Program-made: the position numbers and the translations under genes | NCBI RefSeq assembly: GCF_009914755.1 | Contig: NC_060928.1 | Source: the human T2T-CHM13v2.0 reference genome, Homo sapiens | Length of the DNA stretch: 64,000 bases | Strand: one strand, 5' to 3' | Part shown: positions 43,798 through 61,149 of the stretch, in pieces | How the letters are laid out: each line of letters starts with the position of its first letter | Numbering within the stretch: the first letter of the stretch is position 1 | Notes under the pieces: model-generated | Database searches by the model: none | What the model saw: only the letters and a program-made list of their open reading frames with translations | What the model was told of the DNA's origin: nothing

Positions 43798-45119
43798 TAC
43801 ATTAGCGGAGTAGACACCTGGCTGAGCTCTTAAAAGTTTATTTGGCTTTCAATTCCTGTGATAGTAGGGGGCAGTACATCTCCTTAATTATCTTTGTTCA
43901 GGGAAATGCTGAAAGGCCAGGGTAGTTAAACAAGGCCATTTGGATTTGTGAGGTCGAAGTCAGATGCAAGGAAAGTGGTTAAATGCATTATCATCTTATT
44001 GAGCCCATCATCAGTAAAGTGACCTTGATGGAGGTGGAAAAAGCCATTTGGCTATTTTATGACAGCCACCCCTGCTTGTTTTATCATTTACACATTTTTA
44101 CATATGGCTTTATCATATTCTTTCTTTTCGTTTTCAAATATTATTTCCTCTGATTGTAGATCGTCAGAATGAAGGTGAAAATTAAAATTAGTTTCTTTTT
44201 AATGATAGTTAGAGTTTCTTTCATAAGTGTGTTTCATACATCGATTTATATGGAAATACCCCTTCATTAAAAATGAAGGTGATCAGGTTAGCTAACCATT
44301 CTGTATTTGCTTTTAAGGGTCTTTTAATGATGATGATTAGTCTTTTTGCAAAGAAGCTGCAATTCTGCTACTTTTCAAACTGTTTTTAAGCTAGTAAGAG
44401 GAAAGACTTGCCAACCTCGATTTTAGCAGTGGGAATAATGTTTGTTTTAACAAGTGCCTAAGTATGTTTACTTGAAAGTTATTCAAGTTTTAGTAGTTCT
44501 ATTGCTGCCGTTCTGGAGTCATCACTTCCATTACGAAATTAAAACAAAGTCATAAGATTTATAGTTTATATTTCTTAACTTTATGGCCAAGATTTTCCTT
44601 GTGATGTATTTTATATCAACTCCAATAAAATGGCATTCTTGCTTATATGTTTGAACAAGTATTGTTCAATAAGAGGAAGAGTTTTATTAAACGCAGTACA
44701 AGAGCTAACGTTTTTGGAAACTCCAGTTAAAGCAATTAAGTGCTGCATACAAGATTTTTGTTTTCCTAGGCAAAGCTGTGAAACATTACTGATTGGAGTT
44801 TAGCGTATGCTTCACTTTATACTGAATTCTCTTTTGTTACAATTAATGGGAGCTGAGTATGAATCTTTTTATCATATGAAAGAAAAAACTGGCCCATTAC
44901 CAAAATACCTAAAATAATATTTCATACTTTATTGGAGATATCTCCTTATCATCATGCTATGAATTATGTAACACTAAAATCTCAGGGACTCAAGATCATC
45001 AAAAATAGTTCGTTCAGGAGAGAGTCACATTTTCTTGATCAGAAAGGACTTATTTGTTTAAGAATCATTTATTTAAAGAACAAATTGGATCAAAAGGTGT
45101 TTAAAATGAAGTATAAACT

Positions 45120-45965
<846 letters not shown>

Positions 45966-46766
45966 CACTAAATATAATTTAATTTTGTGGTGATGGAAGG
46001 TCATTACAAACATCAGTTATTTTATTGTTCTGTGTGAAAATATAATGGCTTACATAGGAGCTGATAAGGCTGAGTATCCCTGTCTAACTGGCCTGCCCGT
46101 GCTGTCAGCTTTCACTTCTTACTACTGCTCTGTCATCAAACAACACAGGTTATTTTGTTGTTGTTATTGTAATGTATGAATGAAATAAGAACAGAAAGGT
46201 TCTGAGTAAAGACTCAGAGCTAATTTCATTAACTTCATTAGTTTTGGCTTCTCTGAAGACCTTTTGGCTTAATGCCTCCATTTCTTTGCATTTTCTGTTG
46301 GGTGAGATTTTGGGGTAGCTAAGTTCCGATAGGTGTTAGGTGTTTAGGTGAAGCAAAATGTTAATTTCCACAATGAAAAGAAGTTCATTGAAGCCTAACA
46401 GTAAGTTTGAGTAAGAAAAAAATGTTAACTTACATGTACAGTTAACTTGAAATGTATATACATTGATAAAGATACTCATGATTATAATTTTTTAAAAACT
46501 GGTAAACATCATATCTAATGCAACTCTCTTTGGATGACTAAAGTAGGGAAGAGATAATCTTTAAGATGATAATTTAGAACAAGAATCAGTACACCTTCCG
46601 TGATTGTGTTACCAGAAGATTAATAGGTGAGGAATGTTGGAAGGACTGACAAATGTTTTGCCGTCGAGAGATTTACAGGTGAGGAGTACTAGAAGAAGAG
46701 GAAAAGAAACTCCGTATTTCTGCTCTCTTGCTCCATCTTCATCTACCTTAAGAACAAAAACAGCTG

Positions 46767-47130
<364 letters not shown>

Positions 47131-47214
47131 TTAGAGACTTTTAGAACTGAAGATAATCTTCAAAATTATGTAATCCAGACTGGACATTTTCTAAGAAGAG
47201 AAGCCAAGGCCTAA

Positions 47215-47420
47215 TAATAGCTGACATTTATTATTTACTGAAAGATAAGCATCTGTGTTAAACCCATTATATATGATTTCATCTCATCTTCAGAACAACT
47301 CATGAAATTAAATACTTTTATGATCTCTATTTTAAAGATATGGAAACTAAGTCATAGAACAGTTAAGTTGGTTGTTAGTGAGAGGTTTGAACCCAGACAT
47401 GCAAATACCTAAATCATGTA
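47215..47420 (-). mobile_element. MIR
   Basis: 'aatagctgacatttatt..tctattttaaagatatggaaactaagtcataga..tttgaacccag'. Confidence 0.7.
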
Positions 47421-47424
47421 TATC

Positions 47425-47731
47425 TTTTTTTTTTTTTTTTTTTTTTGAGGATAGACCTTGTCTCGATACCTAGACTGGAGTGCATTGGCATGAACACGGC
47501 TCACCACAGCCTCCAACTCCTAGGCACAAGTGATCCTCTCACCTCAGCCTTGCCAATGGTTGGGACCACAGGTGTGTGCCACCATGCCCAGCTAATTTTT
47601 TAAATATTGTTTTGTAGAAAAAGGGTCCCACCATATTGCCTAGACTAGTTTCCTAGCTCCTTGGCTCACGCAGTCCTCCTGCCTCGGCCTCCTAAGTGTT
47701 GGATTACAGGCGCGAGCCACCACATCCGGCC
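47425..47731 (-). mobile_element. AluJ
   Basis: Poly(T) start, diverged dimer with J diagnostics. Confidence 0.93.
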
Positions 47732-50700
47732 TGTCTTTCTTCATTACTGAATTCTGCATCCAGTGCAGTTGTCAAATTAGGTTTTGTTTTGATTTTAGTC
47801 CTAAATTTTGCTTTACATGTAAGTTCTATTTCCTATTCTAGAATAGAAATATGATACCAGTCTATAACTTTTCATAAACGTTGTAACCATTGGATGTTAC
47901 AAACATTCTCATATTTGCTCAAGGCAAATCATTTAATTTATCAAGTGCTTATTGAGGCAATATATGTTTTGTATTGTTCTCCTGTTTTTGTTTTTAATTC
48001 AGATTTTTTAAATGAGGTGTGATCATCTATGGTATAGCTAATGTCCACTCTCTGATTAATATCTAGCAAGGATTAGCATCATTGATTTGAAAATTAATAG
48101 ATTATGCTTTTATTGACATTTCTATTCCCCATTGAATGGCTTGTTTATTTAATTGATGGCTAATGTTTTTACTATTAAAGGCTATTAACACATCAGAATG
48201 GTTTTTATTGAACCTGGCAAAATGATAGATTATGTTTGTGTTTACTCCTTTGTGCCTAAGGCTAATTATTGGTGGTCTTTTTATGGTTTTGGTCAACTAA
48301 AACCTTCCGGTTAGGAAGTTGAGTAAATTAGCAAACTTATCTGGTGGTGTGACCTTGGAAAAGTCGCTGGACTTTTCTGGATTGCTACCTGTAAAAGGAG
48401 GGAAGTGAACCAGATCAATGATTTTGAACAGCGTAGCTTCTTGTAGAAGTTCTGTAGAGTTTCTTCAATTCTCTGATTCAGAATTCTTAAAAAAAAATCA
48501 AACTAAAGTGGTAATAAAACATAATGTGAACAAATAAAATAGATACTAAATGTTTACATTTGCTACTGGGTTAGTTTATTTTTCCATACATGTCCTGCTT
48601 TCTTTGTGTATGTATTTGTACTTTTTGTGGTATTTTGGTGAATGCAGCTTGCCTAAGGAATAAGAAGTGACAGCATCCTCTGCAGAGAAATCCTAGGAAA
48701 AAAGGAGTGTGCTTACTCACCAGCTTCCAGGGAAATGGTTGTGCTATGGACTGCATATGCCTGCCACTTTTGGTATTTGGTCGTAATAGAGATTCTAAAA
48801 ATGAAGGGGGTTGTCCTTATTATGAATAGATTGTTACTTTTCCAATGTTCCGTTATAGTACCATTCACCAAACTTTTTTGAAACTACTTTTTTGAAATTG
48901 CGTTTATTTCCAAGTCACAGATAAAAATAGTTCTTGTTATTATAGGCATTCCTCATTTTGATGAAATACCAATTTAACTAGTTTGATTGCTTGCCTTCCT
49001 TCACAGGCTTGACTAACCAGCATTTCAAAAAAATTAGATCTATTCCCGAGAGAGTATTTACCACAGTTAATTATATTCAGAAAAAAATAATGCTAAAAGC
49101 CTGTGAGGCCTTTTCAAAAGAGAAATTTCTCAGTATTATATTGAGAAATGACTTCTGAAAAAGGCAACAACTCCTGTGTTGACCACTTTGAAAGCAATAG
49201 TATTCATCTCGGTGAATTCTGGAGTTTTTAAGAGTTGAGTGACAATACATTATAGCCCTTTCACGTGTCATGATTAAGGGCTGAACCAGAATGGTGTCTT
49301 TAATGGGTAGAACAATTAAATTTTGGAATTCAGAATCTAAGGCTTTATACATTAGTTATTTTTAATGTGCAATTGTTTGTTTTAAACAAGATTCGTGGCC
49401 TTTTTTAAACTATGAAGGTCTGTGAATGTATGATAATATGTTTGATTTCTTTAAAGTATATTTAAATTTCATGCATATTACATTTCATACAAAGGCAAAG
49501 CTCAGTCTTCACTTCTGTGCTTCCAGTTAGGAATAGGAGATTCAAAGTACAAAGTCTTTCAAAAATTGAAAAAAAAATTATTTGCTTTCATGCTGAGATA
49601 TCAGTATAAACACCCGATTTATTCAAATACTTATTTATCTATTAATATTAGTCATTAATACTGATTAATACTTGAGTTTTTCAGGAGTTGGGCATCAGAA
49701 TTGTAAACTTAAAGTATTTGTCTCACTTCAGTTGAGGCAGAATGAATAGAATTAAATATTCAAGATTTCAAAAATATATTTATTAAAAAAGTTGATAGTA
49801 TCTTTTCAGTTAAAAATAACCTCCTTGTGTATTTTTTGTAAAATTCATCGCCAGCCCCCATTTCCAGGAATATCTCAATTAGCAATAAGGGGATGTCTCC
49901 TTCTAAATGCCTGTGGTGTACTTTAAATTCTAACGAGGTACCTTGTTGGAAGGAGACCACTTGAAGGTTTTATTAACCTCTGCAGTGTGAAAGTGAAAAC
50001 ACGCTGAAACGAGACAGCTAGTTCTACATTCTGATAAAACAATAGATCATCATCATGACCCTAGGACAGAGGACGTAAAAATTGAATAAAGAAAGGTACA
50101 TTTGAAACAATACATTGAATTATTTATCTATGTCTTAAGCTCACATAGAATATAATTCTATGTATATTAGACTTATCTGTTTAAGACAATTTATTTTATA
50201 TGACTTAGCCATAATCTGATAACATGACAATGTCCCAGAGCCTGATTCACATGGTACCAGAATATATGTCCGTCACAAAAATAAACCTGCTTCTATCATG
50301 GGGGAAAACATTTGGGGTGGCAAGCTGAAGTACACAGTAAATGTACTAGAGTTCTGTGAGTGAGAAAATATATACCAGCTATACACTAGCGGTTGCCTGT
50401 GAAAGGATGGAAAGAAACAAAATGAAGGAGAGACAAGAGAGGGGTGATAGTGGTGTTTAGCTGTCTCTAAATTTTATTTTTTTAAATAAAGCAGGATATC
50501 TAATGTAAACAACAGTCTGTGACATTATTTCATATGCTATTTAACACACAACAGCTACTTCTCATAAATGTAAGAGCACAAACCCATTTATATATTTCGG
50601 TGATGTTATTAACTAGTATTGCACTTTATTTCTTTTTAAAATGATGCTTAACCCAGTAATCACTGAATTTTAGTTGTACTTAGTCATGATTAGTGTAAAA

Positions 50701-51089
50701 ATGTTTTTCTATAAAATAAGAATTAATATGTAATATTTAACTGCAGTCTATTTTAGGAACTTACTAATTTCTTAAGGAAAATTAATTCATAAATTTAAAA
50801 AGGGAATTTACGCAGCATTTGTTGAAAACCTACTATTTGCTACCTAGTAAGCGCTTTATCATCCTATTCATAATCATATAATTTTGAGTCCATTTAGACT
50901 AATTTCTTTCCACTTACATAGTCAATCCATAATCAACAGCTACTGACTCTAAAAACCAGATTTTTTGGATCTGTTTATTATAATGCAATCACAATCATAA
51001 TTTATAATATCTTCATTCACTTTCCTGCCTTAAACTTTTCTCTTTAATCCAAAAAAGCAAATTATCTTGCTTGGGCATCACCTGATCTT

Positions 51090-51520
51090 CTCTCTCCCCT
51101 GCTCAGAAAGTCAGTGTCATATCAAGAAGATGCTTGAGTCTGATTGAAGTACAGGTAGGCTTATGGACAAGTGACAGGAGAAGGCTTTTCAGGTGGAGAG
51201 GCACATGAGCAAGTTTTAAAAGGTGGGGTATGAAAAGTATATTGGAGAAAATATCAAATGACCTACTTCGAGCATGAAGTTCACGAAAGAGAATTTTGGA
51301 AGATAAGGTTAGAAAAGTGGGTTGGAACCAGAACATGGAGGACCATGAATTTCAGATCAAAAGGTTTAAATGTGCCTTTGAGATCCCTGGGAATTTAGCA
51401 TAGAAAACAATCACACAGTAGTACGGTGTGTTTGGGGGAAGATCTCTCTGGTAGATGCTGTTAGATGAATTATAAAAGCAAGGTAGTATTAATAGAAGTA
51501 GAGAAACCCATTTGGACTCT
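51090..51520 (-). mobile_element. L2 fragment
   Basis: Purine-rich L2-like 'ggaagataaggttagaaaagtgggttggaaccagaacatggaggacc'. Confidence 0.55.
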
Positions 51521-51580
51521 TCCTACTATTACTTTCAATTCATGACTTCTTCTTAAACTTATTAAGAACAGTTTACCAAA

Positions 51581-51691
51581 GTAAACTTCACAAAGGCAGG
51601 GGACTTCTGTTCACTCTGGTATCTTCAGAGCCTAGAACAGTGCCTGGCACTGGTTGATGCTCAGCGGGTACTTGTTGAATTGAATGAATGA
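51581..51691 (+). mobile_element. L2a 3' end
   Basis: 'cagagcctagaacagtgcctggcac..ttgttgaattgaatgaatga'. Confidence 0.85.
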
Positions 51692-51939
51692 GACCCAGAA
51701 AGACCAAGTGACTGTTTTGAATTCACACAGCTAAGATAGGGACAGATCCAGGCCTAAAAATTGCACTCCCAGTTTGCTGTTTTCTTGACATGCTAGGCTG
51801 TCGTACAGGTCATTACTATTAGCGTGGCTTTTTCTTTGTCAACTCTTGTCAACTCTTACCCTAAATTCTTCTGAACTCTTCTTGCAAGTGATTGCAAACT
51901 GCCTCATATCTTACATACTCATCACAGCCTCCTCTGAGC

Positions 51940-52230
51940 TTTTTTTTTTTTTTTTCCAAATTGAGACAGAGTCTCTGTCATCCAGGCTGCAGTACAGTGG
52001 TGCAATCATAGCTTACTGTAACCTTTAACTTCCAGGCTGTAATGATCCTCCTGCCTCAGCCTCCAGTCTGGCCCACACATTGCCACACCTGGCCAATTTT
52101 TAAATTTTCAGTAAAGACTGAGTCTCGCTACGTTGCCCAAGGCTGGTCTCAAACTCCTGGGCTCAAACAATCCTCCCACCTCAACCTCCCAAAGTGCTGG
52201 GATTACAGGCATGAGCCACTGCTCCCGGCC
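51940..52230 (-). mobile_element. AluJ
   Basis: Antisense diverged dimer with small internal deletion. Confidence 0.92.
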
Positions 52231-52487
52231 TAGGATCTTAATAGGTTGCTTTTATCTACAGACTTAATGGGTTGAATTGTTTATTGTTACTTTTTTCAGA
52301 TGGTAAATCCCAGGTCAGAGACTGTCTTCTGCTTGTTTTATTTTTCAGCAGCCCTCCTCTCTGAACAGCCGCACTCAGAACGCCTTTGAGTGCAGAAGCT
52401 GGTTGACTGATTGCCCAGCCTCCAAGTCTGTCTTTTAGTTCAAGTTCTTATGGCATTACAAATATGTAGTTAAAACTGTTTTTGTCA

Positions 52488-53023
<536 letters not shown>

Positions 53024-53277
53024 GTTGAAACAAATAGAAAAATGAAAATTTTAATTTTTTTAAGCTCTCTACTGAAAGTAATAGTCTTGTGAGCCTAAAT
53101 TATTTATCATTTTGCAACTTAAAAGAAAAAAAAAACTCGGTGTTACTCTGTTTGATTCTGTGAGATCACCTTGAAATAAGATACCACGTAATGAGAACTA
53201 TTGTGTGAAACCACTACAAAAACTGTGAGATGGCCACTGTCATTTATTGTGTAGATTTTACCTAGTAAGATCATTAG

Positions 53278-53791
<514 letters not shown>

Positions 53792-54034
53792 GTAGTATCA
53801 CTTTTGTGTGTATTTTGTTATAATTTCTTTCCCTGAAAAAAAACTATTCATTAAATGTAACAGAGGCTCTTATTAAAATTAATACAATAGTAAGGAATAA
53901 ATGCTCTTAAATAGACCAAGAAATTGCTACACTTTTATAAACATATATAATTGTTCATGAATCATTAACCTTTAAATTTAGAGATGTTTCCCTCACAGTT
54001 GAAAGGAGAAAAGCTAAAAATACTGTATTAATGA

Positions 54035-54451
<417 letters not shown>

Positions 54452-55094
54452 TGAATTAAAAATACTAGAGTATGAACTAGGTTTATATTAAATATGACAG
54501 TAATATGTAGTTCTAGAAGGTATCGATTTAGTATTTTAAAGGTTATGAAGTTACAAAATAAAAATTTTTAGGCTTTTCATGCTATGGAAAGAGATGATAT
54601 CAGAGAAATATGTTTATGTTTTCTGTGAGATAGGTTTTGTGAGAGAACCATAGTTCTGTATTGTACTGGTTTTTACTTATAACCTATTACCTTATAAACT
54701 GTTGTTTTGTACATAATAAATAAGACTAATAAAATTTTTTTGCTTATTCAATTAGAAGGTTTTTAAATATGTCCCTTCTCACCCCCTAATGATCAGTATT
54801 CCCTTCCTGTGTTCATTCTTTTGATGTTTACTGCTGAATTAACCAGGTTTTTGTCTTTAAAGGTTCTTTGGCATATTATAGAAACAACTTCTGTGATAAT
54901 GTCATTGAGGTACTTTTTGCAGAGTGGGGCAAGGGAAGGGTATGTTGATTAATAACTCTTAGGAGAGTTGCATAAAATATTTTCTCAACCTATTGAAGTT
55001 AGTTTCTAGTAATGTCTTTCTTAAGGAAAGAGTTTGAGCACAGTAAAATAAATATTTGCACTGGGTTTATATAAATTACTAAGATCAAACATTA

Positions 55095-55443
55095 AAATGG
55101 TCAGAATGCTTGTGTCCTCCTAAAATTTGTATGTTGAAACCTAATCCTCACTGGGAGGGTATGAGGAGCTTGGAACCTTGGGAGGTGATTAGGTCCCGAG
55201 GACTTCAGGAAGGGGACTGGTCCATGATGAAAAAGGAGGCTCCTTTGCCCCGGCTGCTGTGTGGAGGGAGACTCAGGGAGCACACGGCTGTGTCTGAATG
55301 AGGAAACATGCCTTAGTAGACACTGAATCTCCTGGCACCTTGAACGTGGATTTCCAGCCCGTTAGAACTGTGAGATAAAAATTTCTGTTGTTTGTAACCC
55401 ACCCCGTTTATGGAATTTTTTTTATAGCGGCCGGATCTAAAAT
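55095..55443 (+). mobile_element. MLT1A-like MaLR solo LTR
   Basis: 'tgtgtcctcctaaaatttgtatgttgaaacctaatcc..gggaggtgattagg..ggcaccttgaacgtggatttccagcc..agaactgtgaga..atttctgttgttt'. Confidence 0.85.
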
Positions 55444-56033
55444 ATGGGGCAAATAAATAAATGATTTTACCAAAGTCTTAGGGAATTAGAATACTCCCCC
55501 CAGCTATTTATAAAAAAAGTATACTGCTAGAGTCTTCAATTCAATTTAATAAGTATTTACTGAGTACCTACTATGTTTCTGACATCGGTGCTTTATTATT
55601 AATAATATAAGATACAGGAAATTCACTACTAACCATATACACTGTTGTAAGAAAGTAAAAGCAACAGTTTTTATAATACTGTAACTCATATAATTTAATA
55701 AATATTGACCAGTTGCATATAAAATAAAATGTCTTTAAAGTTTTTTTAGTTTTAACATTTTTATTGAGAATGTTTTCTTCTATTTTTTTAATATAAGAGG
55801 CCAAAGTACACCCAAGTCTCATTTCTCTATTAAGCTTGACTAAACATAGATAAACCTGAACTATTATTGAAGGCTGAAACCAAAGTACGTTATGGTTTAT
55901 TAGGCTGTTAGGCTGATGGATTAGTTTAAACCTCAATGTAAATCACCAAAGAATACATGAAGACAAAACAAAAGCACTGTATGGGTGCAAGAAAGATGTA
56001 ATTCTTCATTCACTGGGTTTTTATGCATTTAAG

Positions 56034-56670
56034 GGTATAATTGTTCCCTAGGGCTCCCATAATGAATTGCTCAGTCTGAGTGGCTTAAAACAACAGAATT
56101 GTAGTCTCTCACAGTTTTAGAGGCTAGACATCCAAAATCAAGGTGTTGACACAGCCGTGCTTCCTCTGAATACTCTAGGGAAGAATCCTCCCCTGCTTTT
56201 TCCAACTTCTGGTTGCCCAGACATTCTTTGGCTTGTACCTGCATCATTTTACCTCCATTTTCATGTGGACTTCTTTCTTCTGTGTCTCTGTGAGGCTCAG
56301 GTGATCCTCCCACCTCAGCCTCCCAGGTAGCTGGGACTGCAGGTGTGTGCCACCATGCCTGGCTAATTTTTTTTATATTTTTTGTGGAGGTGGGGTCTCC
56401 CTATATTGCTGAGGCTGGTCTTGACTCCTGGGCTCAAGCGATCCTCCTGCCTTGGCCTCCCAAAGTGCTGGGATTACAGGTGTGAGCCAGTTTCCAGCCT
56501 CTGCGTGTCCATTTATCTTATAAGAACCCTGTCTTTGGATTTAGAGCTGCTCTAATCCAGAATGACCTCATCTTAACCAATTATACGCCAAGGACCATAT
56601 TTCCAAATAAGGTCACATTCCGAGCTTCTTGGTGGCCATGAATTTTGAGGGCACGCTTTCCAACTTACTA
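56034..56670 (-). mobile_element. MLT1B/C-like MaLR solo LTR interrupted by an Alu
   Basis: 'gtggcttaaaacaacagaa..ctcacagttttagaggctaga..aaatcaaggtgt' and 'tgacctcatcttaac..atttccaaataaggtcacattc'. Confidence 0.85.
56293..56499 (-). mobile_element. AluJ lacking its 3' third and tail
   Basis: Antisense left arm, linker and part of right arm only. Confidence 0.9.
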
Positions 56671-57972
56671 CAGAGGAAAAGGATACAAGAAGGTAAAAAA
56701 TGCTTCTCTTTGCTGTCTTCAGTTTTTTTTTTTTTCCTTTCCCATTCCTTAGGGGGTTTAGATACGTTAGAATTGAGCATTCTTGCCTTCACACTCCTAT
56801 TCTTTAAAGATATTTTATCTGCCAAAACTGACTTATGTTTCTTTTCTCCCAAGAGTCTCACATTATGGGAAGTGCTAGTAAGCCAGCCATAGAATTTTGA
56901 ATGTTTGCTATTCAATCATAGGGGAAATTAAAATTTAGTTTTTATGCTTTTTTTATTTCAGAATTTTAAAAACTAGAAACAAAAATTCTGGAGACTGCCA
57001 TACTCTAGTTGTGGCACTCAAAATGTAGTTATAAACCTTCTGGTGGTAAATTAAGCATCTTAGAGTATCCTAGTCATTAGTTATAATAAACTTTATGTGA
57101 GTATGGTCTGTTGCCTCAATTTCTCTTTAAGGTTTAAACTTACAAACTTTTTAATGTAAAAGAGAAATGATATAAGTGAACTTTATGATTGTCAACAAAG
57201 CTGATTTGTAATTTATTTTGAAAATTATCTTTGGCTTTCAGTTTTAAGTGGCAAAACTGATACCATAAATACCAAAACTGATATCCATAAATATACATAA
57301 AGCATATTTTGATAAACACATGACGTATTTATCTGTAAGAATGAAGGGATATCTAGGCCAGGAATTTCAAGAGGTTTGTCATCATTTTTCAAGACAATAA
57401 ATGATATCCTGGGATCTAAAGTGTTATGTTCCCGAGGAATGATGCATGAGATCCTTTTCTGAGAGCAGCTATTGGTTAATTAGATATGGGAAAGCCCTTT
57501 CAGAGAAGTGGACTTAAGGAGGCCACAGAGAAGAGAAGAGCCTCAGGCACACACTGTGTCTGGCCTACAACTCCACTTTGGGTCACCCCTGCCAGTAGGA
57601 GAGTCTATATATGAACTATAATGACATGGAATATAGTTTAAACCCATCTTTATGAACACGCACCCTGTAAAGATCCAATCTGGTAATTAGAGTGTTAGAG
57701 TGGTTTATGCCTTTTTAGGGGAGCAGGATAGAGGTGGAGGATGGGAAGGGGTTCTAAATCAGGGACTTCAATCTGATATTTTGTAGTGTTTGTAAATGGG
57801 TGTCATCTACTGAGATTCCTCATTCAGGCATAAGAGAATGTCCTCCTTTCCTCAGGTTGCACAGGAAGAGGAGAAAGAATGGGTGATGATCTTACCTATG
57901 AAACTTAAATTCATAATAATATGAATAGGCATTACATTTATGAAAACCTTTTGCCAGTTTAAAAATGTTTTA

Positions 57973-58097
57973 GGCCGGGCCTGGTGGCTCATGCCTGTAA
58001 TCCCAGCACTTGGGGAGTCTGAGGTGGGAGGATCGCTTGAGCCCAGGAGTTTGAGACCAACCTGGGTAATGTAGGGGAGACTGTCTCTACAAAAAAA
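57973..58097 (+). mobile_element. FLAM / AluJ left monomer
   Basis: 'gggaggatcgcttgagcccaggagtttgagacc' then short A run. Confidence 0.9.
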
Positions 58098-58691
58098 TGC
58101 AAACTATTAAAAAGGCATTACATAACAAAAGTTACTTTGTTAACTTGTTTTTATACAAAATTAGGATGCTCCGTATATTTGACAGTGGTCAGATTTCCGC
58201 TGTGGGTGGGGCTGTGTGGTTTAAGCTCAAGGTAAGGTATATATGCTGTGCTGGATGCCAGAAGACATGAGTCCTGATCTGTGCTCAGCTACCAACTACA
58301 TGACTTGGGCTGGATAACAAAACCCTAACAGATGCCTCAAAGACCTTCAAAAGCAATGGTTTGGATTTTTTTTAGTTCTGAAATTCTTCCGTTATCCTTT
58401 TATTTAAACTAACACATAACATCTGCATTTCAGGTGTCTGTTAGTATTGATCAGAATTGTATTGTTTGTCTACTACTACCTGGAAATGTTCCTGATGATG
58501 AAAATAAAACATTCCCTTGTTATGATCTGCTTTTTTGGTTCTGTTGATTTGTTTAGCAGAATAGCAGCTTGGCATCATACTACTTTTAGGAGACTTTCCT
58601 TCAATACTATGTTAGGCTCTGTACCCATAAGTTCTTTCATTATTTTTCAGGAGTCTTCAAGTAAATTGAAAATAAAAAAAATCCTGTGTGC

Positions 58692-58692
<1 letters not shown>

Positions 58693-58726
<34 letters not shown>
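58693..58726. repeat. (TG)17 microsatellite
   Basis: Direct read. Confidence 0.95.
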
Positions 58727-58733
<7 letters not shown>

Positions 58734-59288
58734 ATGTTGATTAGGCTATTAACATCGTGTCTTCTTTTTTCCAATACTAATAATCACTAATTTATCTATA
58801 TTTTGAACTATTGGCCAGTTACTCTGAGTTAAAGAAAAAATTAATCTCTATATGGATTTAAAACAAAGATCAGTAAATCAATGACGATGAGATGATTTTA
58901 GGATCTTTTTTACTTAGCCAGAAGGGTCATCAACTGATTTTTGAAAGTTATGTTTGTTTGTGCATCTCCAATGGAAACATTATTTGTGATTAGTTTATTT
59001 TTATTCTTAAGTATTCTTGATAAGCATCTGAATGTCTGCCTGAATGAATTTGAAAAACTAAAACAAGCTGAGATTTAATGTCTCTGTTTTAGTGTTAGTC
59101 TCTGCTATCATATGCCCCAATTTCATAATTTTATTGTAATAAAATTAAAGCATTAATTGCTGCATTTTTAGTTCACGTAATTCATATTTCATATATTAAA
59201 GTTCAGAAGAGTTATTTGTAACTCTAGATAGAGAAGGACTTAACCAAGATCTTGAGGAAATGAAGACCCAAAGAAGTGAAGAGATTTA

Positions 59289-59632
<344 letters not shown>

Positions 59633-61149
59633 TTATACCAATAGTTTGTTAAAATAATGGCATTTGCTTTAGAGAAATTCAAGTAGCTTTCTGGTCTGTG
59701 TGATATCTATGTAAAATCCTGTTTTATAACATAAATGTAAACAGTGATTTTAATGATATTTTTTTCTGTTGTCTCAGATATCCCAGGACATCTGGAAGAG
59801 TTCCTATAAATTTTAGTTTTTTAATTACAAAATATCCAGCGGGGACAGGGCCATTTTAGAAATGAGTAATGAAATCATAGAGTTAGAAAGAATCCCAAGT
59901 GACCGTGAATGCTAACTTGTCCCTTGGGTAAGGTCATCATTTAAAAAAGTACGAAACCATTTTATATGCTGTAGAAACTGGCTTCGTAATGGGCCCCTAA
60001 AGTCATTTATCTGTTTGTACTGTCCTAAGCAAGTCATTTATTAACTAGTGAAAATAATATGTAAGTGTTCTGTTGTAAATGTGATGATCAAAAACTATAG
60101 TAAACAGAGAAAGGCAACCCCTAATTTATGTAAACCTGTATTTTAGAAGTTTGTTTATAATTCAGAAAGTATTTTCTCACAATATCTTAGTTTCCCAGGG
60201 TAATCCATACATTCTATTTAACCCCGTTTAACATATGAATGATAAGAAGGACCATCCCGAAATTCTTGTTCTCAATTCTAGTTCTGAATGCCAAGAACAC
60301 AGCTCCTTTGGTTAAGCATCTGGACTTCAACCTGACCACTTGCACTAGACCATAGAATAGGATGTATGTAGAATTTCAAAATGAGGAAAGGAGAGGGAAA
60401 AACATACATTAATGGCTGCTAAGAGAAGAGAAAAGGGTCATATCCTTGGTTACTCTTTGCCAAAAATAAAAATAAAACACATTGTAAGGACCACCATGCT
60501 TTTGAGCCCCTGTAGACACCAGGCAAGGATTTGCCATAGGACATTTGTGTCAGTTAGGGTGTATCCATTATGTAGAAAGCTCTAAAACTTCACCATGGGA
60601 ATGTGGGAATGGGTCTGTTCTGAGACCTTTTCAATGTTGTAAGTCATTAGAGAACTAGCCTCAAACCAAAACTCTCCATGATTCCCAGGTAAATTGCAAC
60701 ACATTTAGTTGCATAGCTCTGAAACTTTTCCATTTGAATACAACAATTACCGGGTGTTCAGGAAATTAGATTTGTTGCAATATTTTAAGTGATTTAAATG
60801 AAGATCAGTATTATTTTTTAGTATAGAAATCTTCTAGTAACAGAGTTTACCACGTCCGTCAATGTGAATACAATTATATTTGCCTCGAATTTTATTTGCA
60901 TTTGTTTTTCTGCCTATTTTCTTGTGGAAATTTTAATGAGCAGTGAAATGACCAAAAGCTGGGCCACGGAGAGGAAAATAAAGATAATCTAAAACATGTT
61001 TAATTATCCTCAGCATAATACACACTTCACTGTAATAGGGATAATGCAAGAACATTCAGATTATCTAAACACATTTAAAAATGGCCTTCCAGTGTTAGGA
61101 GCATAAGTATGCCACTATGAATTGTGTGTGTATGATGAACTTTCTTACA

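Noticed and set aside
50131-50188. Hairpin acatagaat-ata-attctatgt with outer tgtcttaa/ttaagaca
   Set aside because: Short AT-rich arms and asymmetric stem; not pre-miRNA-like and expected by chance
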